From: Octopus bimaculoides | Lineage: Eukaryota | Reading direction: 5' to 3' | Length of the DNA stretch: 64,000 bases | Assembly: GCF_001194135.2 (NCBI RefSeq) | Contig: NC_068984.1 | Coordinates: 55,061,908 to 55,125,907, forward strand | Shown: piece by piece, positions 26,701 to 40,531 of the stretch | Position numbering within the stretch: the first letter of the stretch is position 1 | How the letters are laid out: each line of letters starts with the position of its first letter | Program-made: the position numbers and the translations under genes | Notes under the pieces: model-generated | Database searches by the model: none | Told to the model about the DNA's origin: nothing | The model's input: only the letters and a program-made list of their open reading frames with translations

Positions 26701-27024
26701 TGACGTCGTTAGAAAGCTAAAACTATGTGACCAGTTATGTATAACAATAATATGAGTGAAGTTTCAGCGTTTCCAGCATTGCTCTTTGTCTGATACAAGA
26801 AATGGAGAAAGGATTGGATATTCTGGAGGAAAAGACGTTTGTTCTTATATGATCGAAGATCGGAGTGAGATGAAAATGTGATTTCTGAAGGCAGGGTAGT
26901 GCCTAATTAACCATTGTGTGCGTTTGAGAGATATATGCGTGTGTTAATGCGTGTGCTTAATAATCATGTATGTAGAATGTATGTGTATATATCTTTCGTA
27001 TTTACGTGCGTATAAATGTGTGTG

Positions 27025-27055
<31 letters not shown>

Positions 27056-28767
27056 ATACATATGTATGGTTTAGTCGTAGTTGAACGTCATTCTTAAATA
27101 ACTAGCATAATGAATGAACAATGAACTTACAATAACATGAGTTCATTCCATTTTTCATATGGTACCGTTAACACTACAAACTACTTAAAAGCAAGTTTTT
27201 TAATGTAGAAAGCTAGTTTTCGTAATAGTCATGATCCATAAGTTAGTTGATAATGCCAGAATGTAGTAACTAAAAATATTACAAAAGGTTACGTTATTTA
27301 GTCATTTCATTAATATTATTAAAGTCGATCCTAATTGTAGTTGACTTCAATTGTAAAGCGTTTAGTTTGCTCGCTAGTAAGTATGACTGCGAAACGAAAT
27401 TCAATCAATAGTAAATTATCATACTGGTATACAATTGAGAAATCTCGTGGAAACTAAATGTTTTCGATTAATTAAACACTTTCAATGTATTTACAATATA
27501 TTGTTTGATCCAACTCTTCTACTATAGCTTAATCATATCCCGATAGATCGATATTTTATTAAACTGGGACAATAGTTTATCGCCAACAAAATATTGTGCA
27601 AGTAATATTGTTATATAAGCCCTACGTTGGTTGCAACAGCATTAGTTGAATCAAAATTTAAATTTAACAGAAAATGTAGTAACAGAACATGGTATGTAAA
27701 ACGCAATGTTCTTAACTGGTACCTGTTTTTTTAAAAACATTTTTTGCGCATATAACTTGTGTTTATCAACCAAAAAGACATACTTTATTTCTAATAAATA
27801 TACTGCTGAAATGCTAATGGATTTGACAGGGAATTATTGCATAAATGTAATACCTATATGCAGTTGACTTTCAATCGCGAAGAAAGCGATGCACACTAGA
27901 TCGTCTCCGATAGACGCTACTCGCACTGCACCATGCATTTCGTGAGAATTTTTGGGTACTAAATTAGACTGTGCAAATAAAAGAAAACAAAATGCACTTT
28001 TGATAATAAATGTAACACAAGGAAATTTTCAACTTATCAATATTACAGTCAGGAAGTAAATTCTATCTGCTGAATTTATTTATATATTTATTTACTGCCT
28101 AGTCTAGATTTTTAATCTTCTTTAGAAACGCTTAATAATATGACCATTGGGAGATTGTATTTATTACTACCTTGAATATTACTTAAAAAACATAAATTGA
28201 ACCGAAACACAATGGAATACATATATTACCCGGTCTTTGTAACTGACACATATTTTCCACTTATATTTCAAATATAGCTTGCATATATTACAAAATTATA
28301 ATGAGTGAAATTAATATAGGGCTGAAATATCTTTCTTTATCAATATAGCTGAGGTCGACATATTGGACAAATTTAACAGCGGAATTATATTCGTCTATTG
28401 ATCAAGAACCAAACAGATGCAGACCGTCTTCAATAAGCATAACTGATGCTTATCACACTGCTTGCCTAAATTTATGAATCGTCTTTGTTATTTTCAGAAG
28501 TTTATCAACATAAGCTACGTTTGGCGGCGCTGTTAGTTCTTTAAAAAAATGTTAATAATTAAGAATTTCAGAAACTTCGATGAATAGACAAACGTTACTG
28601 TCTCTGATTTTGCACTCATAACAACTTCTGCTGTTGCTGCCCTTATTACTGCCATCACTATTCGTGCTACTGTTACTGCTCACTGCCGCTTACTGTTTCT
28701 TGCACTACTGCTCTTATTGCTACATCTGATAATGTTATAGCTTCTATTGCTATTGCTTTTTATTCTT

Positions 28768-28803
<36 letters not shown>

Positions 28804-28814
28804 ACACCACCACC

Positions 28815-28857
<43 letters not shown>

Positions 28858-28892
28858 TTACTACCACCACCACCACCACCACCACCACCTCC

Positions 28893-28961
<69 letters not shown>
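28768..28961. repeat. Compound (CTA)n/(CCA)n trinucleotide repeat
   Basis: Read directly; it produces the spurious poly-L/P and poly-S/G ORFs. Confidence 0.98.
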
Positions 28962-29133
28962 GTCTTTATTGCAACATACTTTTGCTTCTACTTTCGTTAC
29001 CACCTCTGCTACAATCAGGAACATCTACGCCGTAAACCGAAACCATAGTTCTTGGCGTGTCATTTTGTAGCGGGCAGCGGATTTGGAATTCTTTCTGTGT
29101 ATTCTATCGATCCCGGCTTGGCCTTGAACAAAA

Positions 29134-29366
29134 CAAAGGTGATATTCCTATAGAGACATATTGAGATGTTTGGAGACTAGATAGGCTAGGTTTGAGACGT
29201 AATGTTTAAGGGTATCGGGAGGTACACCATCAGCATAAGTAGCCTTTTTTTTCCTTTTATGAAGTAACCAAAAATACGACCGCACTTGGCGGGAGTGTAT
29301 GCAAATATATGAACCTGGAATGTTGGAAGAAGATATTATTAAAAGGGATTTACCAAGGATATGAAA
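29134..29366 (-). mobile_element. Inverted duplicate of the LINE fragment at 29475-29710
   Basis: KATYADGVPPDTLKHYVSNLAYLVSKHL on - versus KATYPDGVPPVILKHYISKLASIVFKHL on +; about 85% DNA identity by eye. Confidence 0.85.
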
Positions 29367-29474
29367 CATGATCTTATAGGAATATCTCCCTTCTTTGGTT
29401 CCCCATCGTTTGCCTTCAATATATCACAGACTTACTGCATTGTGAAGATACAACTTGACTTCATTCCTCCCACA

Positions 29475-30800
29475 TTTCATATCCTTCGTAAATCCCTTCT
29501 AATTATGTCTTCTTCCACCATTCCAAGTACATAAATTTGGATACACACCCTCCAAGTGCAGACCTATTTTGGGTCACTTTAGAAAAGGAAAGAAAGGCTA
29601 CTTATCCTGATGGTGTACCTCCCGTTATCCTCAAACATTACATCTCAAAGCTAGCCTCTATAGTCTTCAAACATCTATCTCAATATGTCTCTATCGGAAT
29701 ATCCACCTTGATTTTTGGAAATGCATTGCAGGTTCTAGCATATGAATCACCTACCAAAACATTTTGCATACGAGCCCTACCCGTCTCTTATCTCTTGCGT
29801 CGGTAGCTTCTTATCAGATCACGCGCGTGTTAACGGAAACCATTTTATCTCTCACTCTATTAATTCTAGCTACCTCCAAGATTTTGTTTTGTTCCCCTTC
29901 TGTATGTCAATAACTTAATTGTCGCAGAATCCAACAACATCGATTACCACATAGTTTACACAGCTCATCATTCCTGCCTAATATTTCTTAACAATGAATT
30001 AGCAACTCGAAACCAGGATATCACATGCAAAACTGATTCAAAGCATAGAGATATTGACAGCATCAGTTAATTGTGATATAACAATCTTGTTTCTTTCAAC
30101 AGTAAAAAATAATACAAAACATTCCTCGTATTAAAGAAACATTATCTTACTACACCCCAATTCATCCTCTGACCCCTGAAATCCTGACATAAATCGCTCA
30201 ATTTTCATACAATTACTGGGCCTCACAATAACCAAGAATCACGCAAAGCAAAAACAAATTGTTAACATAGCTAGGATCGTATCGCAACGACTGGCCCTTC
30301 CTTTTAAGGCATGTTGGTACTTCGTTCCACAACAGTTAGTGATACTCTACACAGCTCAGGTGAGTCTCACAATGTAGCTTAACTCTCATATCTAACGGTG
30401 CTGCCGCTGCTACTGCTCTTCCTATTGCAAACCCAATCTTCTAGACTGCATCCAAGTTCCATCCGACTGATTCACTTAAATTCACTCACATACATACTCC
30501 AGTGATGGATTCACAAGTGCACTGTATCAGACGTCTCCCTATTCTAATAGTAAGGTAACAACCTCCGCTTCCCGGAATAGACTAGGTTCAGTCCACATCT
30601 ACTTCGAAATGCCCGTCTTATTCATCACTCAACCTTTGATGTATCCGAAACCCAGGCCCAACAATAATCACTATGCCTTGTCTTTTTGTTCCGACTACGT
30701 CGGCCTTCCGGAATTCTCTCTCAGTTTAAAACTGGTGTGACCTACAATGTTACAAAGGGGACCTTAAAAACATCAACTGTGAGGGCATACAATGGACACA
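29475..30800 (+). mobile_element. Decayed Jockey/CR1-group LINE RT
   Basis: KATYPDGVPP.ILKH (KA.GPDGIP motif); later NLVSFNSKK, LLGLTITKN, QQLVILYTAQV (LYKAQVRP motif) and a 3' FVPTTSAFRNSL resembling SFFPRT..LWNSLP. Confidence 0.75.
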
Positions 30801-32652
30801 CCAAGCAAGCAAAAGTAAAACAAAGCCACAGTTCTTTGAGGATTTTCAATCCTATGTAGATTTGATATCATTCCATCTCATTTTCTGCACCCACTTAATC
30901 GTGGGAGAACTGTGTGGGGAGGGACCTCAAGTATGCCTTCTCTATGATAAATTTAAATATAAAATAATGCGTGGTAAATATAGTAAAGAAAAAGCGAAAA
31001 TATGTGCTGCATAAACACGAAAACATTTTCCTACAAAACGAAATCTTATGTGAAATACTGTTAGTAGTGAATAAGTTAATTTGTGTTAAAACATAACACA
31101 ATAGTTACTACACCATATAAAAGCATAGACATACCCAATGGACACAAAATAGTCGTCTCATAAAAAAAAGTTTTAATTTGGTAACTAAAGATATTATAAA
31201 TCCGAACGGATGAATTTGGATTTGATTTGATCAGCTTGTTCTGATAGTGTTTATATGTTGGTCATTTAGGGTTGAATTGTATATATTATATTGATCCAAG
31301 AGTGATGCAATGCAGGAACAGTTAAGAGATTTTATTTATTTAGTTATATTTCTAGTATAAACTTTGAATAACTGTACAGGAATCTCTTAGCTAAACCTAT
31401 CTCTACGCCTAAGATAACGATGTGGCTAACCACAACAGCAGCATATTATAGTTGATTAACTTAAAATCGTATATTAGATAAAATCATTACATTGATCGTT
31501 TGAAACTAATTCTTCTCTTTCAGAGTATGTGGACCGAACCGACCGACTTATTTTTTGCTTTGTTTTCTTTTACGATTCTTAAGATTTGTGGTCTTGCATC
31601 TCGTTTTCTTGATTTTATGAGTGATGTTTAGTCGATGAATAGCAAAATCTAATCTGAGAGGGCTTAAATTAAATGCTGTGTTAAAGCCCAGCATTGCTTA
31701 GAGCAACGGCGAAGTTGATGACAATAATGAAAACGGAAACCCATATAATAAAACCGAACGGTATCAAGATAATGTACTGAAGCTGCCAAGTATGTCGTTG
31801 TCTGTGAAAGCAATGTATTATACTTTTCTAGACTTTTTCGCCTCCTTTGTTTTAAACGCTGAGGTTTTTCGTATTAGTGCCCTTCAGTTTCAGTGACGTT
31901 GTTATTAGGCAGATGATAATTGTAGAGCTTGAATGATTGCTACTGTTCGTTCCAATATTTATGGTCTATTGTGTATTGAGAAAGGCGTTGACGTTGCCAT
32001 CCTTGATGATTTTTGTTGTTGTTGTTGATTTTTCTGTTATTTCCCTTTTACTTTTCATCTGCCCAGTTCGAATTCCACCTCTTTCTTCGATATTTTCTTT
32101 CCCAAAAGAAGATTTGCCCTGAGTACTTTATAAACAAAATCTATTTTGCATTAACCACGATTCTCTTAACAGTGAATATTACCTATGTAAGGTACCTTCT
32201 TATACCCAAATTAGGAGCAATTTTTATTACTTCAATTTCTTCCTTTTAGTTCCATTCATGGTAACGAAAAATGCGCGGGAATAAATAAGTTGGCAATGTT
32301 ATTAGTTGAGTGCTGTATGAATTATTGTTGTTCGTACTGTTGATGCTAAAACGAATTTTTGCTCATAAGAAAGAAAAAGAACTACTTACTACCTAATATT
32401 GTGCTAGTAAATATAAAGGCAGAGACCAAAATAATATGAACAAAAGGCTCAGATAGAATCCCATTTTAATTGGGCGTTTCACCGAGTTAAATTGCAATCA
32501 ATATTTTGTGATTGTATGACAGCTGTAATTTCCTAAATATCAGGCCTACTACAAAATAAGTCGCTACAGACTGATGTCGACTATTAACAAGCCAAGACCG
32601 ACAAATAAATCAATAGAATTCTTGGCGCACATTCAGATAACGTTGTTTTTAC

Positions 32653-32764
32653 CATATTCATAGAGCCAATTCCAGCAGTAGTTCTTGTTTTTAGGAACCA
32701 CTCCGAAGTTTTCGTTCTTGTTATTAACAGCAACAATCGTGGAAGCGATAACATGATAACAAAA
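32653..32764 (-). CDS. Candidate exon of an unidentified host gene
   Basis: Acceptor ccttcatattgcagtag, weak donor gtaaaa. 112 nt open as FCYHVIASTIVAVNNKNENFGVVPKNKNYCWNWLYEY(G). An alternative frame MLSLPRLLLLITRTKTSEWFLKTRTTAGIGSMNM is also open. Not recognised. Confidence 0.18.
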
Positions 32765-33883
32765 CTACTGCAATATGAAGGATGTCACTGGTAAAGATGG
32801 TAGTTCTCTGACATTTCCGGCCACTGTTTCAGACAGTTCTTAAGCTCACAGAATTGATTTTTGATAGATTGTTTTTCCTTCATAGAATACACTTTGTTTC
32901 CACAAGTAGAAATACATACGTATGATATATACCGGCATAAACACACACACATACAGACATACGCACAAAAATATCAAATACAAATATATAATACAAAAAT
33001 ATCTATAAGCAAAAATGTATAGACATCTCTCTCTCTCTTCCACCCTCTCTCTCTCTTCCCCCTTCTCTCTCTTCCNNNNNNNNNNNNNNNNNNNNNNNNN
33101 NNNNNNNNNNNNNNNNNNNNNNNNNNNNNNNNNNNNNNNNNNNNNNNNNNNNNNNNNNNNNNNNNNNNNNNNNNNNNNNNNNNNNNNNNNNNNNNNNNNN
33201 NNNNNNNNNNNNNNNNNNNNNNNNNNNNNNNNNNNNNNNNNNNNNNNNNNNNNNNNNNNNNNNNNNNNNNNNNNNNNNNNNNNNNNNNNNNNNNNNNNNN
33301 NNNNNNNNNNNNNNNNNNNNNNNNNNNNNNNNNNNNNNNNNNNNNNNNNNNNNNNNNNNNNNNNNNNNNNNNNNNNNNNNNNNNNNNNNNNNNNNNNNNN
33401 NNNNNNNNNNNNNNNNNNNNNNNNNNNNNNNNNNNNNNNNNNNNNNNNNNNNNNNNNNNNNNNNNNNNNNNNNNNNNNNNNNNNNNNNNNNNNNNNNNNN
33501 NNNNNNNNNNNNNNNNNNNNNNNNNNNNNNNNNNNNNNNNNNNNNNNNNNNNNNNNNNNNNNNNNNNNNNNNNNNNNNNNNNNNNNNNNNNNNNNNNNNN
33601 NNNNNNNNNNNNNNNNNNNNNNNNNNNNNNNNNNNNNNNNNNNNNNNNNNNNNNNNNNNNNNNNNNNNNNNNNNNNNNNNNNNNNNNNNNNNNNNNNNNN
33701 NNNNNNNNNNNNNNNNNNNNNNNNNNNNNNNNNNNNNNNNNNNNNNNNNNNNNNNNNNNNNNNNNNNNNNNNNNNNNNNNNNNNNNNNNNNNNNNNNNNN
33801 NNNNNNNNNNNNNNNNNNNNNNNNNNNNNNNNNNNNNNNNNNNNNNNNNNNNNNNNNNNNNNNNNNNNNNNNNNNNNNNNNNN

Positions 33884-33925
<42 letters not shown>

Positions 33926-34237
33926 GTATATATACACATATGTATACGCAAATCTATATACATAATATGTATATGAAGGTTAATATCGATAACCTACAGC
34001 TTAAAGTTTCGCGTTTGGTCGCTTTAGTAACATGCTATATATAAATCTCTATAAGTAAATTTTTATATGTGAGCATAATTGCATGTTTGTGTGTGTATAA
34101 AGACTTCGTGTAATGAAATATAATTCTAAATAAATGTTACTGTAACTAAAATGTCCCTATCACTGCATATATACATACATACATACATAAACACATATAT
34201 GTATATACATGCATACCTAAACATGCAAGCACACACA

Positions 34238-34297
<60 letters not shown>

Positions 34298-35209
34298 AAC
34301 ACAAACACACACACACACACACACACACACGTATTCACATACACGTGTGTGTATGCGTGAATTTATGCATGTATGTATGTATATACGTATGTATGTTACA
34401 AAACCGATAGAATAATTAAAAAATTAATTATTTGTTATTAAACTCTATATATATTATTCTCCAAAGGCTTTTTTGATATATTTTAAGAGCTTTAAGATTG
34501 AATGCACTTCGTTGTATCGTTTTAAATTGATTTAATTTTGTTAGATGCAAATCAACATTTCCTTTGTTCTGCATATTCATATACTGAAGTGAATTCAGTA
34601 TATTACTCGAACATAGTTAGTTGATCATGACTATGTATCCCTACACCCTTGAAATATTCTGCGGTTTCACACAGCAAAGAGTCTTGAAATTAGATTTAAT
34701 AAAATTTCTTTTTATGAAATATGGTATTCACCATTTTCAATAAAGATCATTATTTTTTGTTTGCATAAATAATTTCCCTCTCTAAAGAAATTTTCTTTTT
34801 CTAAAATTCTTAAGAAAATTAAGGTGTCGGGAGGTGTCTGTATGCGTTTCACGATATTTAGAAAAGCAAATCGCTGCTGCAATATTTTGTGCTAAAATCA
34901 TTTTGGGCACCTCTGCTCGAGAGTTACTAAGAATTTATCTCGCGAGTAATATTTCATGTTGATATACTAGGTACTTTTCGGACACCTTGGTGACAACAAA
35001 CAGCTACGTTTCGCTTCCATTTCTAAGTGATGAGCGCGAATTTCTAGAGGTATACTAGAATCAGAACTTTTCCCCTGGAAAAACGCAGATACATGACTTA
35101 ACAACATAATTCAGTCATTTGTTTTGATTCAATACTTAAGATGTGCTTCATTCATCGACTTGCTAGTAATTGAATTCAGGACTCAAAGGGCTGTCAGTAA
35201 ATACTATCA

Positions 35210-35351
35210 TACATTTTATTCAGTGTTCTAACAGTTTAACCAGTCCCCTGCCTGAAGAGTATAACGCAAATAAACATGCGCCCAGGTTTATTTGCGTTAT
35301 ACTCTTCAGGCAGGGGACTGGTTAAACTGTTAGAACACTGAATAAAATGTA
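35210..35351. repeat. Perfect 66-bp inverted repeat with a 10-nt spacer
   Basis: 35210-35275 is the exact reverse complement of 35286-35351; spacer atgcgcccag. Confidence 0.97.
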
Positions 35352-36622
35352 GAATTCGCACGGCGTCGACGATAAGTATTCGGTTTTTCGATCAATTGAA
35401 ACCTACTGCATCAATTAGTATGTAAATTGTATACTACTCCAAAGATTCGTTTACTCTGAATGTAAATACCAAGCAAAAAATGAGCAAGGCAATGCGTGAC
35501 AAAACTGGACCTTTGAATGACAGATACAATCTATTACACGGACAGCTGAACATTCTCCGCATTCTAACCAATTGCATTCACAAGGCTTAAATCCACCTTG
35601 AAATTATGATAAATGACACTTGCAGAAAATGCCGCGTGCTGCGATTGAACCCGAAACAACGCGATGGCGAACATATTAACTATTTTACTATAGAGAATAG
35701 ATAAGTGATATGCCAACGCTGAGGTGGTGTCTTATAAAATGCAAGCGAATTTCTAGTGTCATGTTATAACAGACTGTATATTATCAATGACAAAAATAAT
35801 TTATGATACCTGAAAACACTCAAATATTTCATTTTTGCACTCAGTGTATCAGAAATACCCAGTTTGTTTTTTATTTAACAAAAAACAAAAGAAGAAAATG
35901 ATTTAGCATATTTAGTTTGAGAAATACAAGTCATAACTCCAGTTTTGTTCCCGCTATCAGGAACATTCAGTTAAGAGGTAATATTTGCTAACATGAATTA
36001 TCATGTTGTTGCTGTAATCATTGTTCTTGTTGCTTCCCCAGAACGTTCTTCATCGAGTTCATCTTTGATCAAAAGACTCCATTCAAAACTAACCCAACAT
36101 TGTGTTTGTGTGTGTGTGTGTGGGTGTGTGTGTGTGCGAGCGCGCGTGCGCGTATGAATGGGTGTGTGCGAGCGCGCGTGCGCGTATGAATGGGTGTGCG
36201 CGAGTGTATGTAGGCGGGGCTACACTGTTACATACAGCACTCCTTTACTAACATATCAGAGTGCGATGAAGGAACTTCACAGGTATTTCATGACAGTCGA
36301 AGGACCAAACAGATGCTGCCTTCTTCACTACTTTACATTATATTTCGCAATATCTCCGGAAAGGTTTATACTGGAAGAAAATTATTTTCCTGTTTACTTT
36401 GTTAACAAGATGAAATATTCATTACAAACAAGCAAATGAATTGAGTATTTGGTATTTTACAGGTACTGTGAAGTGTACTGAAATTATTTGTTGTTACTGC
36501 TTTCAATTATCGAAAGGTTCATTGAATTAGAATAAACATTTCAAAACCCCGATTTATTAATCTAACTAGTCAACATCGTTTTCATAGACCTTCACTAGCT
36601 GGAAACGCGATTTACATCTCAC

Positions 36623-36689
36623 CTGAAGAAAATTCAGATTCATGAAACACCTAGTTTCATCTAACTTCCTATTCTCCGCATAATCTATT
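36623..36689 (-). CDS. Candidate 67-nt internal exon of an unidentified host gene
   Basis: Strong acceptor ttttgtcgtttcttctttcag and donor CAG/gtgaga. Only one frame is open: (R)IDYAENRKLDETRCFMNLNFLQ. No homology recognised. Confidence 0.28.
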
Positions 36690-38429
36690 CTGAAAGAAGA
36701 AACGACAAAAAGTTTCAAGAAATATTTTCTGTTGAAAAATACGTACACTGTGCAGTCAAGTCTCAGGAGATTACCTCTAATTCTGAATAATGTGATTCGC
36801 CTTCCTCAAAAAAATTCGTACGTTTCATTTGTCTTACATAGGTTTGACCACATGTTTATTGGCTTAGAATATTTTCAGTGCTGTGATAGGTAATTTACAT
36901 CATTTTAAAGTCGTGTTGTTGAAGATTCATTAAGCCAATTTTAATTGTCGTTCAATTCCTGAGAGATAATTCCATTCAGCAGGTCTTTCTAAATCATTCA
37001 ATTTGTGTACGACACTATTTTGCTTCAATCTCTCAGCTGGATTTTCAAGACTGAATTTCAATAATTCTTTTCATTATCCTCTTATGCAAGCATTCTCGAT
37101 TAACCTACTGCTGTTTTCTTTATGTTCAACCTCCCTGGGCTAGATTATCGCATATTGAATGTTATATGCAGAAAATTTACCCTCAAATGTTAATTATCTT
37201 TTAATGGTGACCTCGAAGAAAATATTGTGCAGTGTGAATTGTAATGGTTGAAAAATTATTTGCTCACTGGAAATATTCTTGAATTTAACTTTATCAAAAT
37301 GTGAAAGTGCCCATATATGCTGGTTGGAAAAGCATCAAACCATCCTCAATATTTGTTTAATACATTTTTGAATAATTCACCGTGTACGAGTTGAAAGACA
37401 TCACTTAAGGCTAAATAAACACTACTCATTTATACAATAATTCCATTCTGATAGAATACAAGCCATGTGACTGGTAGATAAGAAAATACGATCAATTTAA
37501 CTAGCTTTCATATTCAGTACCAATGTTAAGAATAAGAAACAAATATATAATTTCAGAGCTTTTTCGAAGCATTATGAAAGTGCTTTAACTAAATAAAGAG
37601 CTTGAGATATAATGATATTTTAGATGTATACAATTGTATTTTAAAAGGCAGCGGGGACAACGGAATGTAGGATTGAACATGTCGATTCATTTGACCGTTA
37701 ATTTTTCGAATACATTTTGTTTCCTGCCGAATAAAATAAATCTCATAAAGGTAAGGGTCGTCCAAACTCGTAACCTGCCAACATCAGAAATATTTTGCTT
37801 GAAATCTCTCCCAGCTTCTCGAAAACTAAAATATACAGCGAATGTAGTAAATTCTCTTTCAAGTCATGTAAGATATTCGTTTCCTTTCAGTAAAACCGCT
37901 TCCATATTTGCTTATTTTATGTACTGCCTTTGATATCTTAAAAGCGTATCAAACATCCATACTATTTGTAATCCTGCTTCTATATGTGGCTTAAGTCTCA
38001 ATAAAACATGAATAACAAATTCACATGTTGTGAATAATTAACAACACCTCCAGACTTTAGAGTAGCATTTGAATAAGTTTTGAATAATGAAGATCCTTTA
38101 CGTTTCTTATTGAATCAAATATATTATAAAAGAACTGTTCTATATTGATATTTTCCTGTGGTGATATCCGTTAGAATTTATGAAGTACAACGCATAATTT
38201 TAAATAAGACAAGTAGCACGAAAATACATCAAAAGACTTATACAGAAATATGAACAATATTTTATAAGTAGTTTTTTTATTATTAACAAGTTATGGATAG
38301 TCAATTATATCATCCAGTCTATAACTTAAAAGAAGAGAATAACTGCGTTTTGTTGCAATAACCTGACTTTATCATAACCCAAAAATTCTCAAATAATAAT
38401 GGCAATTCTGGACGTTACTCTCTCGTGTC

Positions 38430-38670
38430 CTAGCACTCTTAGGGCCAGTTGCCCGATTTCCATGGGGGTTTAAGTAACCGATAACAAAACTTTCTCCTTG
38501 AACGAGACGCTAGTTCGTCGCAGGGTTGTTCATTTAGAGCTGTGTGAACTTCTGCAACGTGGAATGAAATATTTTGCTAAAGAACGTGAGACACTGATCG
38601 ACCTTGGAATTGAAATCACGATCGCATTATTGTGAGAGAAATATCGTAACCACTAGATCATGATCCTTCA
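38430..38670 (-). mobile_element. Decayed SINE (related to 26508)
   Basis: gacgctagttcgtcgcagggtt..gcaacgtggaatgaaatattttgctaaagaac..ggaattgaaatcacgatc, the reverse of a tRNA head plus V/Meta-like block. Confidence 0.6.
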
Positions 38671-40445
38671 CTCACTATAATAAGACGAGAAATAAAACTC
38701 TGATAAAATTGATTATTTAATAATAGAAATGATTGGTGTAAGTTTGAGAGGTAATTTACATGCTCATTTCGAGTTTGATTTTTGTTCTACATGGTATACT
38801 TTTATTGTTTGAATGAATTTATGCTTGAAACATAGTACAGAAGCCTTTTGAATTTATAGAATTGGAAATAATCCGATGAAAATACTCTTTGGAGAATGCT
38901 TTAATGATTTCAGCGGTCCTGAAATTTCAAACTTGTCGTGTGAAATAAACAATTTTTTGGTAAGGTACGTGTTATGGCACATGATGCTGCTTACAAAGTT
39001 TTGCATACTTCGAAGTCAGTTTAGGAGGTGTGTTTTGTTCTAGCTCATTTTCATTGAAAAAGATTACATGGATTTTCGTTGAAAATATCAAACTACGGAA
39101 AACGAATTTCAATCCATGTAGCTATATTTTACTTTTCAATTTCACAATAGTTCTGATTTGTGGAGCACACGTGTAAACACACTCAAACACACGCGTGCAC
39201 ACGCGCACACATACACACACATGCACACACACACACACACACACACGCACTCCCCACACACACATACGCCCCACCCCACACATATAAATGCTTATGCATA
39301 AAATCTAACATCGGTTAACACGTTAGGTGTAGAAATTGTGTAGGAAGAAAGAATTGATGACAATTCTGGTTTAGAGTTGCAGCATCCTTGTATTATATCT
39401 AAAGCAATATTCTTTAACTTCACCTTCTAAGAGCACCTTTGCATATCACATATCTTCAACATATATTCATATATTTTCTGTTATAGAATCCGATAGCTAA
39501 TATATTGGAAAGAAGAGAAAACTGTTATTTTCTTCAGATATTTCTAGTAAATCACCTGAGCCAAGATAATATATCTGTTGTGTGTGTGTCTTAATCTTGT
39601 TCATGTGAAAATGCTATTACTCGACGTCTATAGCATTCAAAGGAACGATTCAATTCATAACAAGAAAATTACGTTCCCAACGAGTAATAAAGCGTCAAAT
39701 ATTCCTATTTACTGGTACATGAACAAAACCAAATATTTCCCCTAGAGATACACTTACAGAACGTAAGTTTAAAGGAAATAATGATAAAGTAGCCCATTAA
39801 ATTGATGTACGTACGTCCAAATTCTCGCAGAAATTTTATATTTTGAAATAAAGAGACTGAATATCAAATTCCTGCTACAATTCCCCTTTGTATCATTGTC
39901 ACGATATTAAAAAGAGAAAGTATATGGAAAGGAAAAGCGAATTCAATGTACTCAAAAAGTAGTGCTTTGGGCAACAACACATCACAAATCTATTTGATTC
40001 GCTACATCTCCTGAAGAATACATTTTCAATATTAGAATTAGCAAATAGAAACGCTATAATTATTACTTAAGAGTACAGCCAATTTCAAATAAAAGCTGCT
40101 TGTTTGCCTTGACAATTTTCTGCTTTGGTAAAAATTAATGCATTTGCTATGTGACTAGCTGACTACTCTAACCAACAAATGTAGGCAAAACAAGACAAGG
40201 CACGACACAAATAAGAAATTGTTTGAATAGTTACTTGTCATACGCTGTTTTTAGATTTTTTAAAATTTTGAATAATTTAATTCTTTTTTTCTAGTTAAGT
40301 TTAAGCACTTTACAATCTATTATTCTCTGAATTTGTTAGTTTTCGTCATGAATGAAAACCAAAAGATTTCGTCGCATAAATTTGCAAAAATAAAAGCAAC
40401 TTACAATTTTGAATATAAAGACTTTAAATTTATGTTCGTGCTGCA

Positions 40446-40531
<86 letters not shown>

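Noticed and set aside
28433-28453. 8-bp perfect hairpin with a CAGUU loop on -, resembling an iron-responsive element
   Set aside because: An IRE needs a CAGUGH loop and a bulged C five pairs below; neither is present. A short stem like this is expected by chance.
31524-31631. Strong plus-strand acceptor followed by a 34-aa hydrophobic sORF (MWTEPTDLFFALFSF..)
   Set aside because: The hydrophobicity comes from T-rich composition; there is no convincing donor and no homology.
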